64,000 nucleotides of DNA, taken from positions 192,001-256,000 of the forward strand of contig CAWBCJ010000029.1 in assembly GCA_963787255.1 (NCBI GenBank). The letters run 5' to 3'. A program made the position numbers and the translations under genes. The DNA comes from Methanobacteriota archaeon (lineage in GTDB: Archaea; Methanobacteriota; Methanobacteria; Methanobacteriales; Methanobacteriaceae). Below the pieces are notes generated by a model. The model did not search any database, had not been told where the DNA came from, and saw only the letters and a list, made by a program, of their open reading frames with translations. Positions 11,851 through 21,952 of this stretch are shown here, one piece after another; the stretch's first letter is position 1, and each line of letters opens with the position of its first letter.

Positions 11851-12654
11851 TTATTTTATTCCAATACCCTTAAAGAAATTGTAAAAGAACACTCCATCAG
11901 CTTCTGTAGTTTTATATAAATCATTTATTCCTTTTTCCCATAATTCAGCATCCATTAACCCTGAAGAAATTGCTTGATCCTTAACTCCTTCAACCATTGC
12001 TATAATTGTCTTTTTATTGAAGCCTTCTACCAATTCAGGATTACTGGAATCTACATATACTATTTTTGGAGAAACATGAACATCTTGAAAACCAGAATTT
12101 TTTAATAGAGGATATATTTCTCTTCCAATCATTGGATTGCAATCTAATCTTTTCTGGCATTCAATAAGGCATTTCCACGCTTGAACTGCCTCTTCTGTTT
12201 CTGGATGGAAATAACATGATCCGTGATCACCTTCAATAACTGTAATGGAACCTCCCTTCTTAAGAACTCTCTTTAGGCTCATTAATGTGGCTATTGGATC
12301 CGGTAAATGCTCAAGCACGAAGCATACAAAGATATGATCAAAAATTTCTTCTTCAAATGGCAAATCGTAGATGTCTGCTACCTGAAATTCCACATTTGAA
12401 AATCCATTTTGCTCTATTAAATATTTTGCTTGATTTATTGATTCTTCAGATATGTCAATAGATGTTATTTTAGCATTGGGACTGTTTTTCGCAAGCATTA
12501 CAGTTTGTGCCCCAACTCCGCAGCCTGCTTCTAAAACTCTGGATCCTGCAGAGTATTTAGTATCATCATGCATTAAACTGGCCAATGTACTGGCCTGATC
12601 CTTGAGTCTATTGGCCTCTTCATCTGAATATCCATGAACATAATCATCTCTCAT
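11851..12654 (-). CDS. Class I SAM-dependent methyltransferase
   Basis: VLEAGCGVG, FDHIFVCFVLEH, LKKGG. Confidence 0.9.
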   Translation of the reverse strand: MRDDYVHGYSDEEANRLKDQASTLASLMHDDTKYSAGSRVLEAGCGVGAQTVMLAKNSPNAKITSIDISEESINQAKYLIEQNGFSNVEFQVADIYDLPFEEEIFDHIFVCFVLEHLPDPIATLMSLKRVLKKGGSITVIEGDHGSCYFHPETEEAVQAWKCLIECQKRLDCNPMIGREIYPLLKNSGFQDVHVSPKIVYVDSSNPELVEGFNKKTIIAMVEGVKDQAISSGLMDAELWEKGINDLYKTTEADGVFFYNFFKGIGIK

Positions 12655-12800
12655 AAATTTTTAACCACCTTAAAAATATTACTGCTTCAAATGAATGCTA
12701 AATATCTTCAAAAACTCTAAATAGAAAATATAGTACACGTACTATTTAAAGCCTTAGAGTTCATATATGTGCATTAATTCAAAATAATAAAGTCTTTTCA

Positions 12801-13400
12801 TTACGGCCAATTCGTATTAAAAACATTTTCTAAAGCTTCAGTTAAATTTAGACTGTTTTCCAGTATTTGTATAACCTTTTCATTGGGTTCTGCATATAAA
12901 TTAAGAAAATCAACTTCTCCCTTTTCTACTCTTGGTGAATAAGCTAGAAATTCCTTTTCGAGGCTGAATACTGCATTAATCCCATTTTCATTCCCACGGG
13001 CATCTAATCTTATCCATTTATCAATACTTTTAATGAAAACCCCATTTAATCCATGCAGACCCAATTGATCATCAAATTGAAGTTTTTGGTAACAAAAACC
13101 TGTTGGAATACCTAAATTTCTTAAAATTGCCGCCATTAAATGAGATTTTGCAAAACACAATCCATGCTTATATTTTAAAACTTCAGAAGCTCTGCATGTG
13201 ACAATACCACTTCCAATATCCATTGAATGTGAGATATCATCTCTTACAAATTCATAAACAGTTTTTACAAGTTCAACTTCATTTTCAATGCCTTCAGATA
13301 GTTCGCTGGCCATTATTTCGATAGAATCATTATTACAATCTATAATCTCACTGCATTGGAGATAAAAGGATAAATCACTGCTTTTTAGTCTGAGTTGCAT
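12801..13400 (-). CDS. Transglutaminase-like protein
   Basis: GLCFAKSHL, HGLN, WIRLDARG (Cys-His-Asp triad). Confidence 0.88.
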   Translation of the reverse strand: MQLRLKSSDLSFYLQCSEIIDCNNDSIEIMASELSEGIENEVELVKTVYEFVRDDISHSMDIGSGIVTCRASEVLKYKHGLCFAKSHLMAAILRNLGIPTGFCYQKLQFDDQLGLHGLNGVFIKSIDKWIRLDARGNENGINAVFSLEKEFLAYSPRVEKGEVDFLNLYAEPNEKVIQILENSLNLTEALENVFNTNWP

Positions 13401-13439
13401 TAAAAAAACCTTAAAATTGATTTTAATAGTATATAATAA

Positions 13440-14279
13440 TTAAATTTCTAATAAATCTTTTAAATTATCATAGGAATATAATGATCCGTTTTTAGCAAAT
13501 TTTAAGAGTTCATCATCCTCAAGATGCTCAAGAGAGCTATTAATTGCCTGGAGACTTGAATATATCAGTAATGTAGGTAAACTTACCCTTGCTACCCCAC
13601 ATTTCACTAAATCATGGATCGAAAACTCTTTTACATTATAAGGCATCCCTGCAGCGACGCTTACAGGCCCTTTAACTTCCCTGACAATTTTTTTAACCTC
13701 TTCAATAGTTTCAACATAGGTTATAAACGCTAAATCAGCGCCTGCTTCAATGTACTGATTAGCTCGGTCAATAGCAATTTTTAATCCTTTACCCCTATTT
13801 TCAGCAGATCTTAAAGCGTCAGTGCGTCCATTGATTATAAAATCATGATTATTTTCTGCTTCCGCTGTTTCACGGGCCAATATGATTTTTTGAGCCATTA
13901 AATCCCCATCTACAATGGACAATGGAGTTTTACCATCTGGAATCTGGTCTTCAATGTTAAGTCCTGCAACTCCTGCCTGTATAAATCTATCAACTGTTTC
14001 TATTACTTCTTCAGGGCCACCATAGCCGTCTTCAGCATCTGCCATTACAGGAACGTCCACTGCCTCTACAATTCGGCGCGTCCATTCAATATTATCATCT
14101 AAAGTCACGTCTATTTCTCTTTTATAACCTGCTGCAATGGAAAAACTGTATCCTGAGCACTGAACAGCTTTAAATCCCGCTTTTTCAATTAGTCTGGCAC
14201 TTATAGGGTCATATGCATCAGGCATGATCAGTGTTTCGCTCGAATTTAACAATTTTTTTAGTTTCTTGCTTTTATTCAT
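13440..14279 (-). CDS. Isocitrate lyase / PEP mutase superfamily protein
   Basis: DAYDPISA, ADAEDGYG, NIEDQ, INGRTD, YIEAGAD. Confidence 0.9.
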   Translation of the reverse strand: MNKSKKLKKLLNSSETLIMPDAYDPISARLIEKAGFKAVQCSGYSFSIAAGYKREIDVTLDDNIEWTRRIVEAVDVPVMADAEDGYGGPEEVIETVDRFIQAGVAGLNIEDQIPDGKTPLSIVDGDLMAQKIILARETAEAENNHDFIINGRTDALRSAENRGKGLKIAIDRANQYIEAGADLAFITYVETIEEVKKIVREVKGPVSVAAGMPYNVKEFSIHDLVKCGVARVSLPTLLIYSSLQAINSSLEHLEDDELLKFAKNGSLYSYDNLKDLLEI

Positions 14280-14412
14280 GAATAATACCTTGCTGAAAAA
14301 TTTAAATCAATTATACTTGTTTATACTGTTTTTTGCTAAAAGATATAGTTTTATAAATTCATTAAATTATTTTGTACTTTAACCTGGTTATATCCTTTTT
14401 TAATCTCTTAAT

Positions 14413-15090
14413 CTAATTTAACTTCTCAAAATCAAAATCAGGCTTGATAAAGCGTGCTGTGTAGTTTATAAAACTTCCCTCAACGGTATCAAAGAAGAAA
14501 CCTGCATTTTCGCATTGTTGAATTGTGGTTGATTTAAGGGGATAGTCTGGGTCAGGGATGAATTCTGTAATTGCAAGAAGACCTCCAGGTTTTAAAACCC
14601 TTTTTATTTCAATTAATGCCTTTCTTTTTTCTGGAATTTCTTGAAGAACTGCCACCATGTATACTAAATCAAAATGATTATCTTTAAATGGCATTTTACA
14701 TGCATCTCCTTCTATCAAGAATATATTTCCAATATCCCTATTCTCAAATCTCATTAATTTTTTCTTCAGTTGGTCTAACATCTCAAGCTGAATATCAAGA
14801 GCAAATACTGCCCCATCTTTTCCTACAGCCCTTGCAATATGATCTGTAAACGCCCCACTGCCACAGCCGGCTTCTAAAACACACATTCCTTCTTCAATAC
14901 CGCTTCTTTTTATTAATTTACCTGGAGGTTGAATTTTACGTCTGTAATTGCTGTCCAAATATTTTCCCATAAAATATGGAACTGGAAAAGGTCGTATTCT
15001 ACCTACAATACTCAATGAAATCCATAAAACAGTGAATAATACAGGGATAACTAATAAAATTGATATTATTGAAATTTCCACATTTTTCAC
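14413..15090 (-). CDS. Membrane-anchored class I SAM-dependent methyltransferase
   Basis: N-terminal TM segment; VLEAGCGSG, VLKPGG. Confidence 0.88.
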   Translation of the reverse strand: MKNVEISIISILLVIPVLFTVLWISLSIVGRIRPFPVPYFMGKYLDSNYRRKIQPPGKLIKRSGIEEGMCVLEAGCGSGAFTDHIARAVGKDGAVFALDIQLEMLDQLKKKLMRFENRDIGNIFLIEGDACKMPFKDNHFDLVYMVAVLQEIPEKRKALIEIKRVLKPGGLLAITEFIPDPDYPLKSTTIQQCENAGFFFDTVEGSFINYTARFIKPDFDFEKLN

Positions 15091-15248
15091 CCATTTAATG
15101 AAATCTGTTTAAAAGTTTTTGTGTTACTTAGTTATGTAATTACATTTTAATAAATTATATTATATAATTAATATTTCCAATGTTTAAAAAAGTCTTATAT
15201 TGTAATCCAAAAAATATTTAAGCAAATATAGAAATAATAAGTTTTTCT

Positions 15249-15320
15249 AGTCCCTTGGGGTAGTGGTAATCCTGTAAGGCTCTGGACCTTTCGACGGCGG
15301 TTCGACTCCGCTAGGGACTA
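15249..15320 (+). tRNA. tRNA-Gln(CUG), intronless, CCA not encoded
   Basis: Acceptor AGTCCCT/AGGGACT (A1:U72), anticodon loop CT-CTG-GA, T arm GGCGG-TTCGACT-CCGCT; TATA-like TTTAAG about 30 nt upstream. Confidence 0.95.
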
Positions 15321-15392
15321 CTTTCATTTCAAATCTTTAATTTAGATGGATTTCTTGAAATATACAAGCATGAAATAAAAAAATATCTCTTT

Positions 15393-16148
15393 TTAAAATT
15401 CAGCTATAACAAGCATTTCATAATCTTCTGTTGTTAGATCATTATCTCTACTGAAATTTCCAATTTCACAGCCAAATATATCAATTTTGTTGAAGTTCAG
15501 AGATTTAAGGAGCCATGTAATTTCAGAGGGCACATAATAGCGTTCATTACACTCTAAAACTTTCAAATTTCCATTATCATCTTCAACTTCAAAGGTTGAT
15601 TTATCTCGAAAAGTCATTATATCAAAAGAATTCTCTTTACTCGACCCATCCACCACATTAGAATCCATGAAATCTTTAACAGAATGATAAAGTGGATAAA
15701 GACCATTTAAAGTTGTAAATATCAACTTTCCATCAGTATTTAAGGCTCTTGATGCATTTTTTAGGATTTCAAAGTTCATTTCGTCTGTTTCCATTAGAGG
15801 AAATGCTCCTTCGCAGATCATAATTGCCAGATTAAATTGATCTTCAAAATGTAAGTTTCGGGCATCTGCCACCTGTAAATCCACATCTAAACCAGAAATT
15901 CGGGCTTTCTCTTTTGCCTTTTCAATCATGGATTCAGATAAATCAATTCCAGTAACATTATAACCGCGTTTTGCAAGTTCTATAGCGTGCCTGCCGGTTC
16001 CACAGCCGATATCAAGAATTTTAAAGTTTTTATTGTGATTTATCTCTTTTTCAATGAAATCAACTTCTCCAAGAGTTCCCTTAGTGAAATTCTCCTTTTC
16101 ATATTTATTTGCGTAGTTTATAAAGAGTTCTTCATACCACTTTTTCAT
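15393..16148 (-). CDS. Class I SAM-dependent methyltransferase
   Basis: ILDIGCGTGRH, GIDLS, ERYYVPSEI. Confidence 0.9.
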   Translation of the reverse strand: MKKWYEELFINYANKYEKENFTKGTLGEVDFIEKEINHNKNFKILDIGCGTGRHAIELAKRGYNVTGIDLSESMIEKAKEKARISGLDVDLQVADARNLHFEDQFNLAIMICEGAFPLMETDEMNFEILKNASRALNTDGKLIFTTLNGLYPLYHSVKDFMDSNVVDGSSKENSFDIMTFRDKSTFEVEDDNGNLKVLECNERYYVPSEITWLLKSLNFNKIDIFGCEIGNFSRDNDLTTEDYEMLVIAEF

Positions 16149-16269
16149 CTATATCTCTCCTGCTGTTAAACTAAAGATATTCCTGTTAAAATAAGTGTTA
16201 TGCATGAAATCTATCGAATTAACGTCCAGTAGTAATAGTTACCCAATGTACACTGAATTTTTATAAAAA

Positions 16270-16833
16270 CTATTTCATTTTAAATACTATAAACAATTGT
16301 TCAGGTAAAAAATCAAATTTTTCAAATACATAAAAACCAGCTTTCTCCAAGTCAGCTATGAGAACTTCTTTAGGAGTATAATGGCCTAAAATACCCGTAA
16401 AACTAAATCCTTTATTTTTATAATCTATTATTGCTATTTTACCCTCTTTTTTAATAAATTGTTTTATATTTTTAAAGTATTCATCCTGTTGGGGCAAATG
16501 ATGAAATACATTTCTTAAAAAGAATAAATCAACTTTTTCAGGTAATGATAAACCCTTTTCATTCGCTAATACAGTTTCTATATTGATTAAACCTTCTTTT
16601 TTCAACTTACCATCAATATAATCTAAAGATTTCTGATTGGTATCAATTGCAAAAACTTTACCTTTTTCTCCTGCTTTTTTTGAAAATTCAAAGGTAAAAT
16701 ATCCACCTCCAGCACCAATATCAGCGATAATATCTCCTTTTTGTATGTCAAGGCTTTTAATTATATCTATTGACTTATTCTTAGGTGAAGATGCTTCTCT
16801 ATTAAGCATATTCAATCTAAAGTTTGTAAACAT
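16270..16833 (-). CDS. Class I SAM-dependent methyltransferase
   Basis: IADIGAGGGYF, FHHL. Confidence 0.88.
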   Translation of the reverse strand: MFTNFRLNMLNREASSPKNKSIDIIKSLDIQKGDIIADIGAGGGYFTFEFSKKAGEKGKVFAIDTNQKSLDYIDGKLKKEGLINIETVLANEKGLSLPEKVDLFFLRNVFHHLPQQDEYFKNIKQFIKKEGKIAIIDYKNKGFSFTGILGHYTPKEVLIADLEKAGFYVFEKFDFLPEQLFIVFKMK

Positions 16834-16876
16834 TTTAATCCTCCAAATAAATTATATTATTTAAAAATTCATTGAA

Positions 16877-17338
16877 TTATATTGCTTCAAGTGGAGCATT
16901 CGTAAGTAATGTGCCCCAATTAACCCCATGACCTACCTCTGGCGTTACCAGTGAATTTTTTTCAATCCGCCCAAGACCTGCCAGATTTGCAACTAATTTA
17001 TGTAAAGAAATAAATGTTCTGTCATTCATACTTTCTGCTTTAGGCACAGAAAATACTTTATATCCTTCATTTTGTAATAAACGGATTAAATGTGCGGTAA
17101 TAGTTTTTAATTTACAATTTGTTTCACTATAAAACTCATTAATTCTAACTGTTAATAACTCATCTGTGATTGCATAAGGTAACGTAACTCCCACAGAGAT
17201 TGCTCGCGGATATTCAGCAATTAATGACCCATATTGCTCAATCATAGTATTTTTTGAAAGAGATAAGTCTGCAATACCTAAAAAATAATCCTCACATTCA
17301 TCTTCAATAGTTTTTCTTAACATATCCTCAAATTGCAT
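16877..17338 (-). CDS. QueG/reductive-dehalogenase-like protein lacking the C-terminal Fe-S domain
   Basis: Paralog of 48167..48874 (GIADLS, YPRAISVG, HKLVANLAGLG, VTPE.G, LTNAPL) but stops before the Cys motifs. Confidence 0.75.
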   Translation of the reverse strand: MQFEDMLRKTIEDECEDYFLGIADLSLSKNTMIEQYGSLIAEYPRAISVGVTLPYAITDELLTVRINEFYSETNCKLKTITAHLIRLLQNEGYKVFSVPKAESMNDRTFISLHKLVANLAGLGRIEKNSLVTPEVGHGVNWGTLLTNAPLEAI

Positions 17339-17482
17339 AAATTTTACATCCTTTTTTAGGCTTTAAAAAGTCATTTAACTTTTTTTTATTGCAAATGTCA
17401 AGTTCTATATAAGTAAATATTTGTATATGGATTAATCCAAATACAAACAATACTTCAATTATTTAATTTCTTTTTCACCTTT

Positions 17483-18667
17483 TTACCGTGTCATTGATTT
17501 CCTAAATAGCGGTACAGCAATAGCCATAGTAACGATGCCAAAAGCGACGAGTATGACTATCTGGTACATTACATCACCAATACCTGCATTTAAGAGCATT
17601 ATTTTACGCATTGCATCGGCTGCATAAGTTAGAGGGATGAATTGTGAGATAGCCTGCATAAACCATGGCATCTGCTGAATCGGGTAGAATACACCTCCCA
17701 GAAACATCATAGGAAACATTAACAGGTTCACAATCATCGTACTTGATGCCTGATCTCCAGACATGGAAATAGCCATTATTCCAATTCCTATGAAGCTGAA
17801 TATGCCCAGAAGGAGCAAAAAGAATGCCAACAGGAGGCTTCCCTGGATAGTGACTCCAAAGATGACCATGGCCAATGCAAGTATCATAACACACTGTATA
17901 AAACCTCTGGTACACAGCGCAGCAGTTTTACCAATGATAACAGAAACCTGGCTAATTGGTGCTGATAACATTCCGTCAAATGTACCCATTTCCTTTTCTT
18001 TTGAGATCGCTTCCGGAATCCCGGTCATGACAGTCATCATCACAATCATGATCATCAGTCCCGGTGCCAGAAAGTTGAAGTAGTTTGTTTGCCCCGGTAT
18101 TGTTGTCTGGATGTTTGGAGTGTAAGGGAAAATCATGGCTTGTGGGTTAACAGATTGATTTGTTGCCTTGCTCAGATTTAATACATTAGCTTCTGCTTTC
18201 ATATTGTTCATGCCACTAACTGTACTGGATAATACTTGCTGGATCTGCATGGAACTTTGAGGGTTGCTGTTATCGACATATACTGTGAAATTGCCAGATT
18301 TTCCATGCGTCAAATTATTGGAGAATCCAGGAGGTATGATAAGTACACCATACAGTTTGCCTTCTTTTATCTTGGTCATGGCCTCATCCACACTGGAAAA
18401 GCTCGTAAACTCCATGAAATGAGTATTGTTATTAACTGCTTCAAGCTGTGCTATGAATTCACTGCTTCCCTGCCCCTGATCGAGATTAACCAGCCCCATT
18501 GGCATATGTTGCTGCGTGTTACCACTTGGAAAAATGAAGCCAAACATGACCAGAAAAATTAATGGCATGATAAAAAGTGCTGCAAGTTGCATACGGTTAC
18601 GTCTAAATGCAAGCATATCCTTGGCCATTACATGATAACTGTCTTTTAATGTTTTCATTGCATCCAT
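17483..18667 (-). CDS. ABC-2 type exporter permease
   Basis: TM + extracellular loop + 5 TM; EKEMGT, FYPIQQMP, PLTYAADA. Confidence 0.92.
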   Translation of the reverse strand: MDAMKTLKDSYHVMAKDMLAFRRNRMQLAALFIMPLIFLVMFGFIFPSGNTQQHMPMGLVNLDQGQGSSEFIAQLEAVNNNTHFMEFTSFSSVDEAMTKIKEGKLYGVLIIPPGFSNNLTHGKSGNFTVYVDNSNPQSSMQIQQVLSSTVSGMNNMKAEANVLNLSKATNQSVNPQAMIFPYTPNIQTTIPGQTNYFNFLAPGLMIMIVMMTVMTGIPEAISKEKEMGTFDGMLSAPISQVSVIIGKTAALCTRGFIQCVMILALAMVIFGVTIQGSLLLAFFLLLLGIFSFIGIGIMAISMSGDQASSTMIVNLLMFPMMFLGGVFYPIQQMPWFMQAISQFIPLTYAADAMRKIMLLNAGIGDVMYQIVILVAFGIVTMAIAVPLFRKSMTR

Positions 18668-18671
18668 AATT

Positions 18672-19688
18672 TCACCTTACCCTCGCTTTTGGTGCCTGTC
18701 CGTGTCCATGGTTCACTGGAGCTAATTTTTCGCTTGCCTGATCACGCATTTCCTTACCTGTGACAGCTAAAAAAACATCTTCCAGTGTAGATTCATTGCT
18801 ATTGGTTATGGATGCAATATTGCCACCTTCATGACGGATAGTGTCAATGATCTGATTAAGAGCATCTGTACCCTTTGCACTGATCTTCAAATTGTAATGA
18901 TCTTGTTGTGCAACGGCAGTAACGACATCAAGCGACTCAATCTTCCCAATCAGTTCAGATGTTAGATTCGTAATTTTAGTGCCAAATACAGTTGTATCAC
19001 TATCTGCTATCATATTCTTCAGGTTCTGTGGAGTGTCAAGAGCAACAATCTTACCATGATCGATGATTGCGACTCGATCACTCAGTGCTTCTGCTTCTGT
19101 CATTGCATGTGTAGTTAATATAACTGTTACTCCACTTTCGTTGATTTCCCTTGTAATATCTCTTATAGAAAATGTTGTCTGCGGGTCAAGGCCAAGTGTT
19201 GGCTCGTCCATGAAAATAATTTTCGGCTCTGACAACAATGCCCTTATAACGTTAATCCGCTGCTTCATACCAGTTGAAAACTTGCCTACTTGTGTATGTT
19301 TCCATTCCTGCATATCAACCAGCTCAAGCAGTTCATCAATTTTCTCTTCCAGTTTCTTTTTTGGTATAGCGTAGAGCTTCCCAAAGAATCTTAAGTTTTC
19401 AGCTGCAGTAAGGTTGTCATACATGATCATCTTTTCTGCAACCAGCCCAATATTCTCACGAACCTTAGCAGAATCTTTAATCAAGTCATAACCCGCAACC
19501 TTAGCAGAACCTGAGCTAGGTTGGGCAAGCGTGCAGAGCACCCGTATGGTAGTACTCTTTCCCGCGCCGTTAGGGCCTAAAAATCCGAATATTTCCCCTT
19601 CTTTTACCGTCAGCGATAAATCATCCACTGCAGTGAAATCACCAAACTTTTTAGTGAGGTTATTTACCTCTATAGCTTGTTTTGTCAT
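18672..19688 (-). CDS. ABC exporter ATP-binding subunit (DrrA-like)
   Basis: GPNGAGKST, FSTGMKQR, MDEPT, TLEDVFL. Confidence 0.95.
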   Translation of the reverse strand: MTKQAIEVNNLTKKFGDFTAVDDLSLTVKEGEIFGFLGPNGAGKSTTIRVLCTLAQPSSGSAKVAGYDLIKDSAKVRENIGLVAEKMIMYDNLTAAENLRFFGKLYAIPKKKLEEKIDELLELVDMQEWKHTQVGKFSTGMKQRINVIRALLSEPKIIFMDEPTLGLDPQTTFSIRDITREINESGVTVILTTHAMTEAEALSDRVAIIDHGKIVALDTPQNLKNMIADSDTTVFGTKITNLTSELIGKIESLDVVTAVAQQDHYNLKISAKGTDALNQIIDTIRHEGGNIASITNSNESTLEDVFLAVTGKEMRDQASEKLAPVNHGHGQAPKARVR

Positions 19689-19689
19689 A

Positions 19690-20247
19690 TTATTCCTCTT
19701 GGAGCGAATCTTTTATTTTTTTGAGCCTCTCGCTCAGATTTACTATCAATTCTTCGTGGGAAACTAACTTCTCCTTTTTAATGTCCTCTAAATAAGAGAC
19801 ATAGCCATCGATATCCGCTAATGCACTTTTTATTGCAAATGCTCCACGATCCTTATTTTTGCCATATTGTCCATGCAAATGCCCAAATATTTTATATACA
19901 ATTTCCTGCCCTTTTTCAGTCAACTCGTATCTTCCGTCTTCATTTTTGACTATCAAATTTTCATCTACCATTTTTTTCAACATTGGATATACAGAACCCG
20001 GCGAAGGTCGCTTTGAAGTATGAATTCCCATTTTCTTTTCATGGTGTCTGTGGCCCCTATGATACATTTGATGTAATCCTTCATGGTGCTCCTGGATAGA
20101 GTCCATTATCTCTACACCATTTTTTGGGCCATCATCAAGAACGTGGAGTATCCATATTCTCAAGCCTCTGGATTTTTGCATTTCCGCTATTCTTTCATGA
20201 AATTTTTCATGAAGATTTTTCCACGTGTTCCACATTTTTTGCATCAC
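19690..20247 (-). CDS. PadR family regulator with His-rich insertion
   Basis: GLRIWIL..L...PKNGVEIM, RPSPGSVYPML, YELTEKG; insert HHEGLHQMYHRGHRHH. Confidence 0.9.
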   Translation of the reverse strand: MMQKMWNTWKNLHEKFHERIAEMQKSRGLRIWILHVLDDGPKNGVEIMDSIQEHHEGLHQMYHRGHRHHEKKMGIHTSKRPSPGSVYPMLKKMVDENLIVKNEDGRYELTEKGQEIVYKIFGHLHGQYGKNKDRGAFAIKSALADIDGYVSYLEDIKKEKLVSHEELIVNLSERLKKIKDSLQEE

Positions 20248-20253
20248 TTCCGG

Positions 20254-20398
20254 TTATCGTTTATTTGATATAATATCGTTAATTTGATATTAAAAATAGG
20301 ATATAATATCTCTTTATGCTGATTATAATCCGATTTATTGTGATCAATATCAAGTTCTCGATATCGACTAATCGATATTATTGCTGAATTTATATAAA
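20254..20398 (-). promoter_or_regulatory. Promoter with four ATATC-N8-GATAT operators
   Basis: Sites at 20254 (TTATC variant), 20273, 20347, 20361; TTTATATAAA box at 20389-20398. Confidence 0.75.
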
Positions 20399-20454
20399 TA
20401 GTTTGTGGTATTTGAAAAAAAATATAAAAATAAAAATTAAAAATCTCTAAATCA

Positions 20455-21096
20455 TCAGTTCTTCATTTTGGTCAAGGAATAAAGCTTTATTCCTGTCACA
20501 AATATCCAGATCATCCACACTGCAATGAAAAGCCGTTCGCTTGCTCCATGAAAAGAAGAAAATTGAGTGTACGAGAGAAATATAAGTGTGAGTATTGACA
20601 GCAATCCACTTATCAGCGAGTATATTCGATAACGTCCCCATATAGCATCATCACTTCCTCTAAGCGCCTGCCAGGTCAAAAATTGTGCTATTATTATCAC
20701 TAAAAATGCGATGGCACTTACTAGACCATGTGATACTACATCTTTTGCGTAAGTTACATCTGTCCCAACGGAGAACAATGTCACACCTGCAAGTATTATA
20801 CACAATCCAAATATAATTACCAGCCATTTTGTTGCTTTTCCTGCACGATATGGTAGCTTAGCGCCAAGACCAATAGCAAAACCTATGGATAAAAGACCAA
20901 AAACTATGAAATTTATATTTTGAATTATCGAATAGGGCCCAATGCCAAGGTCACTAACATCATTAAATATCTGGCTGTATCCCGGTCGAAGAAAACTTTC
21001 CACGATTACGAGAAGAGTAAATAAAATTGGTGCAACAATACCACAGAGAGCGTAAAGCCGTTGCTTTTTTATAAATGTAACATTTTTCTCAGTCAT
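20455..21096 (-). CDS. DUF998 family membrane protein
   Basis: RPGYS....VSDLG, HGLVS, G..ERLF. Confidence 0.82.
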   Translation of the reverse strand: MTEKNVTFIKKQRLYALCGIVAPILFTLLVIVESFLRPGYSQIFNDVSDLGIGPYSIIQNINFIVFGLLSIGFAIGLGAKLPYRAGKATKWLVIIFGLCIILAGVTLFSVGTDVTYAKDVVSHGLVSAIAFLVIIIAQFLTWQALRGSDDAIWGRYRIYSLISGLLSILTLIFLSYTQFSSFHGASERLFIAVWMIWIFVTGIKLYSLTKMKN

Positions 21097-21161
21097 ATTC
21101 TATTTCCTCCAAATACCTTTCCCCAAATAAACCTAAAGTATTTATTAATTGAAATTCAAAT

Positions 21162-21180
21162 AAGTGAACAATGTTCACTT
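21162..21180. promoter_or_regulatory. Putative TetR operator
   Basis: Perfect inverted repeat AAGTGAACA-A-TGTTCACTT between divergent DUF998 and TetR genes. Confidence 0.75.
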
Positions 21181-21332
21181 GTATTATAGAATTAATCTTT
21201 AATAAGGTTTTCCAGTACCTGTTAATTAATAAAAGTATGAATCTAAGAATTTATGCATAAAAATCTATATTTCCATAAAACTTTTCAAGATTGAACGTTT
21301 CTATACTATTTAAAGAAATTATTTAAAATTTT

Positions 21333-21947
21333 ATGTGGCCTAAAATGACGCTAAAAAAATATGAAAGAGATAAAGAAACAAAAATTCAACGCATAATTCA
21401 ATCAACCAAAATTCTTGTGGAAGATAATGGATATAGTACGGTTTCAATCCGCGATATAGCAAAAAAAGCCAATGTGAGTATTGGATTAATATACAAGTAT
21501 TTTCCAAAGGGTAAATTCGAAATACTTAAGCAGCTGAGTTTAGAACACATGAATGAAAATTTCATGATAAACCAGCCCGAAAAAATTAATTTTGCGGACT
21601 TTCCAGGTTACATAAGAAAAGTCAATGAAAACATGCTTGAATTACATAATAAAAATGCTAAACTAATAAAAGCGTTCACCATCGCGGCGTTAATGGAAGA
21701 TAATGCGCTTGAAGACATTAAAATGGCCAATACAGAAGACTATGTTATTATTTCAGAATTTTTCAGCAATTTCAAAGGAGTGGAACTTTCAGATAAAGAT
21801 CCTGTAAATATGCTAACCGAGTGGTCACTGACTGTAAAAAGTCTGATATTTTACAACACTATGTTTCCAACCATTTTTAAAGATGAAGAATCACTTCTAA
21901 ATATGTTAGTTGACATTTCATTGAAGATATGGGATTACAAACCATAA
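21333..21947 (+). CDS. TetR/AcrR family regulator
   Basis: GYSTVSIRDIAKKANVSIGLIYKYFP.GK. Confidence 0.92.
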   Translation: MWPKMTLKKYERDKETKIQRIIQSTKILVEDNGYSTVSIRDIAKKANVSIGLIYKYFPKGKFEILKQLSLEHMNENFMINQPEKINFADFPGYIRKVNENMLELHNKNAKLIKAFTIAALMEDNALEDIKMANTEDYVIISEFFSNFKGVELSDKDPVNMLTEWSLTVKSLIFYNTMFPTIFKDEESLLNMLVDISLKIWDYKP

Positions 21948-21952
21948 TCACT

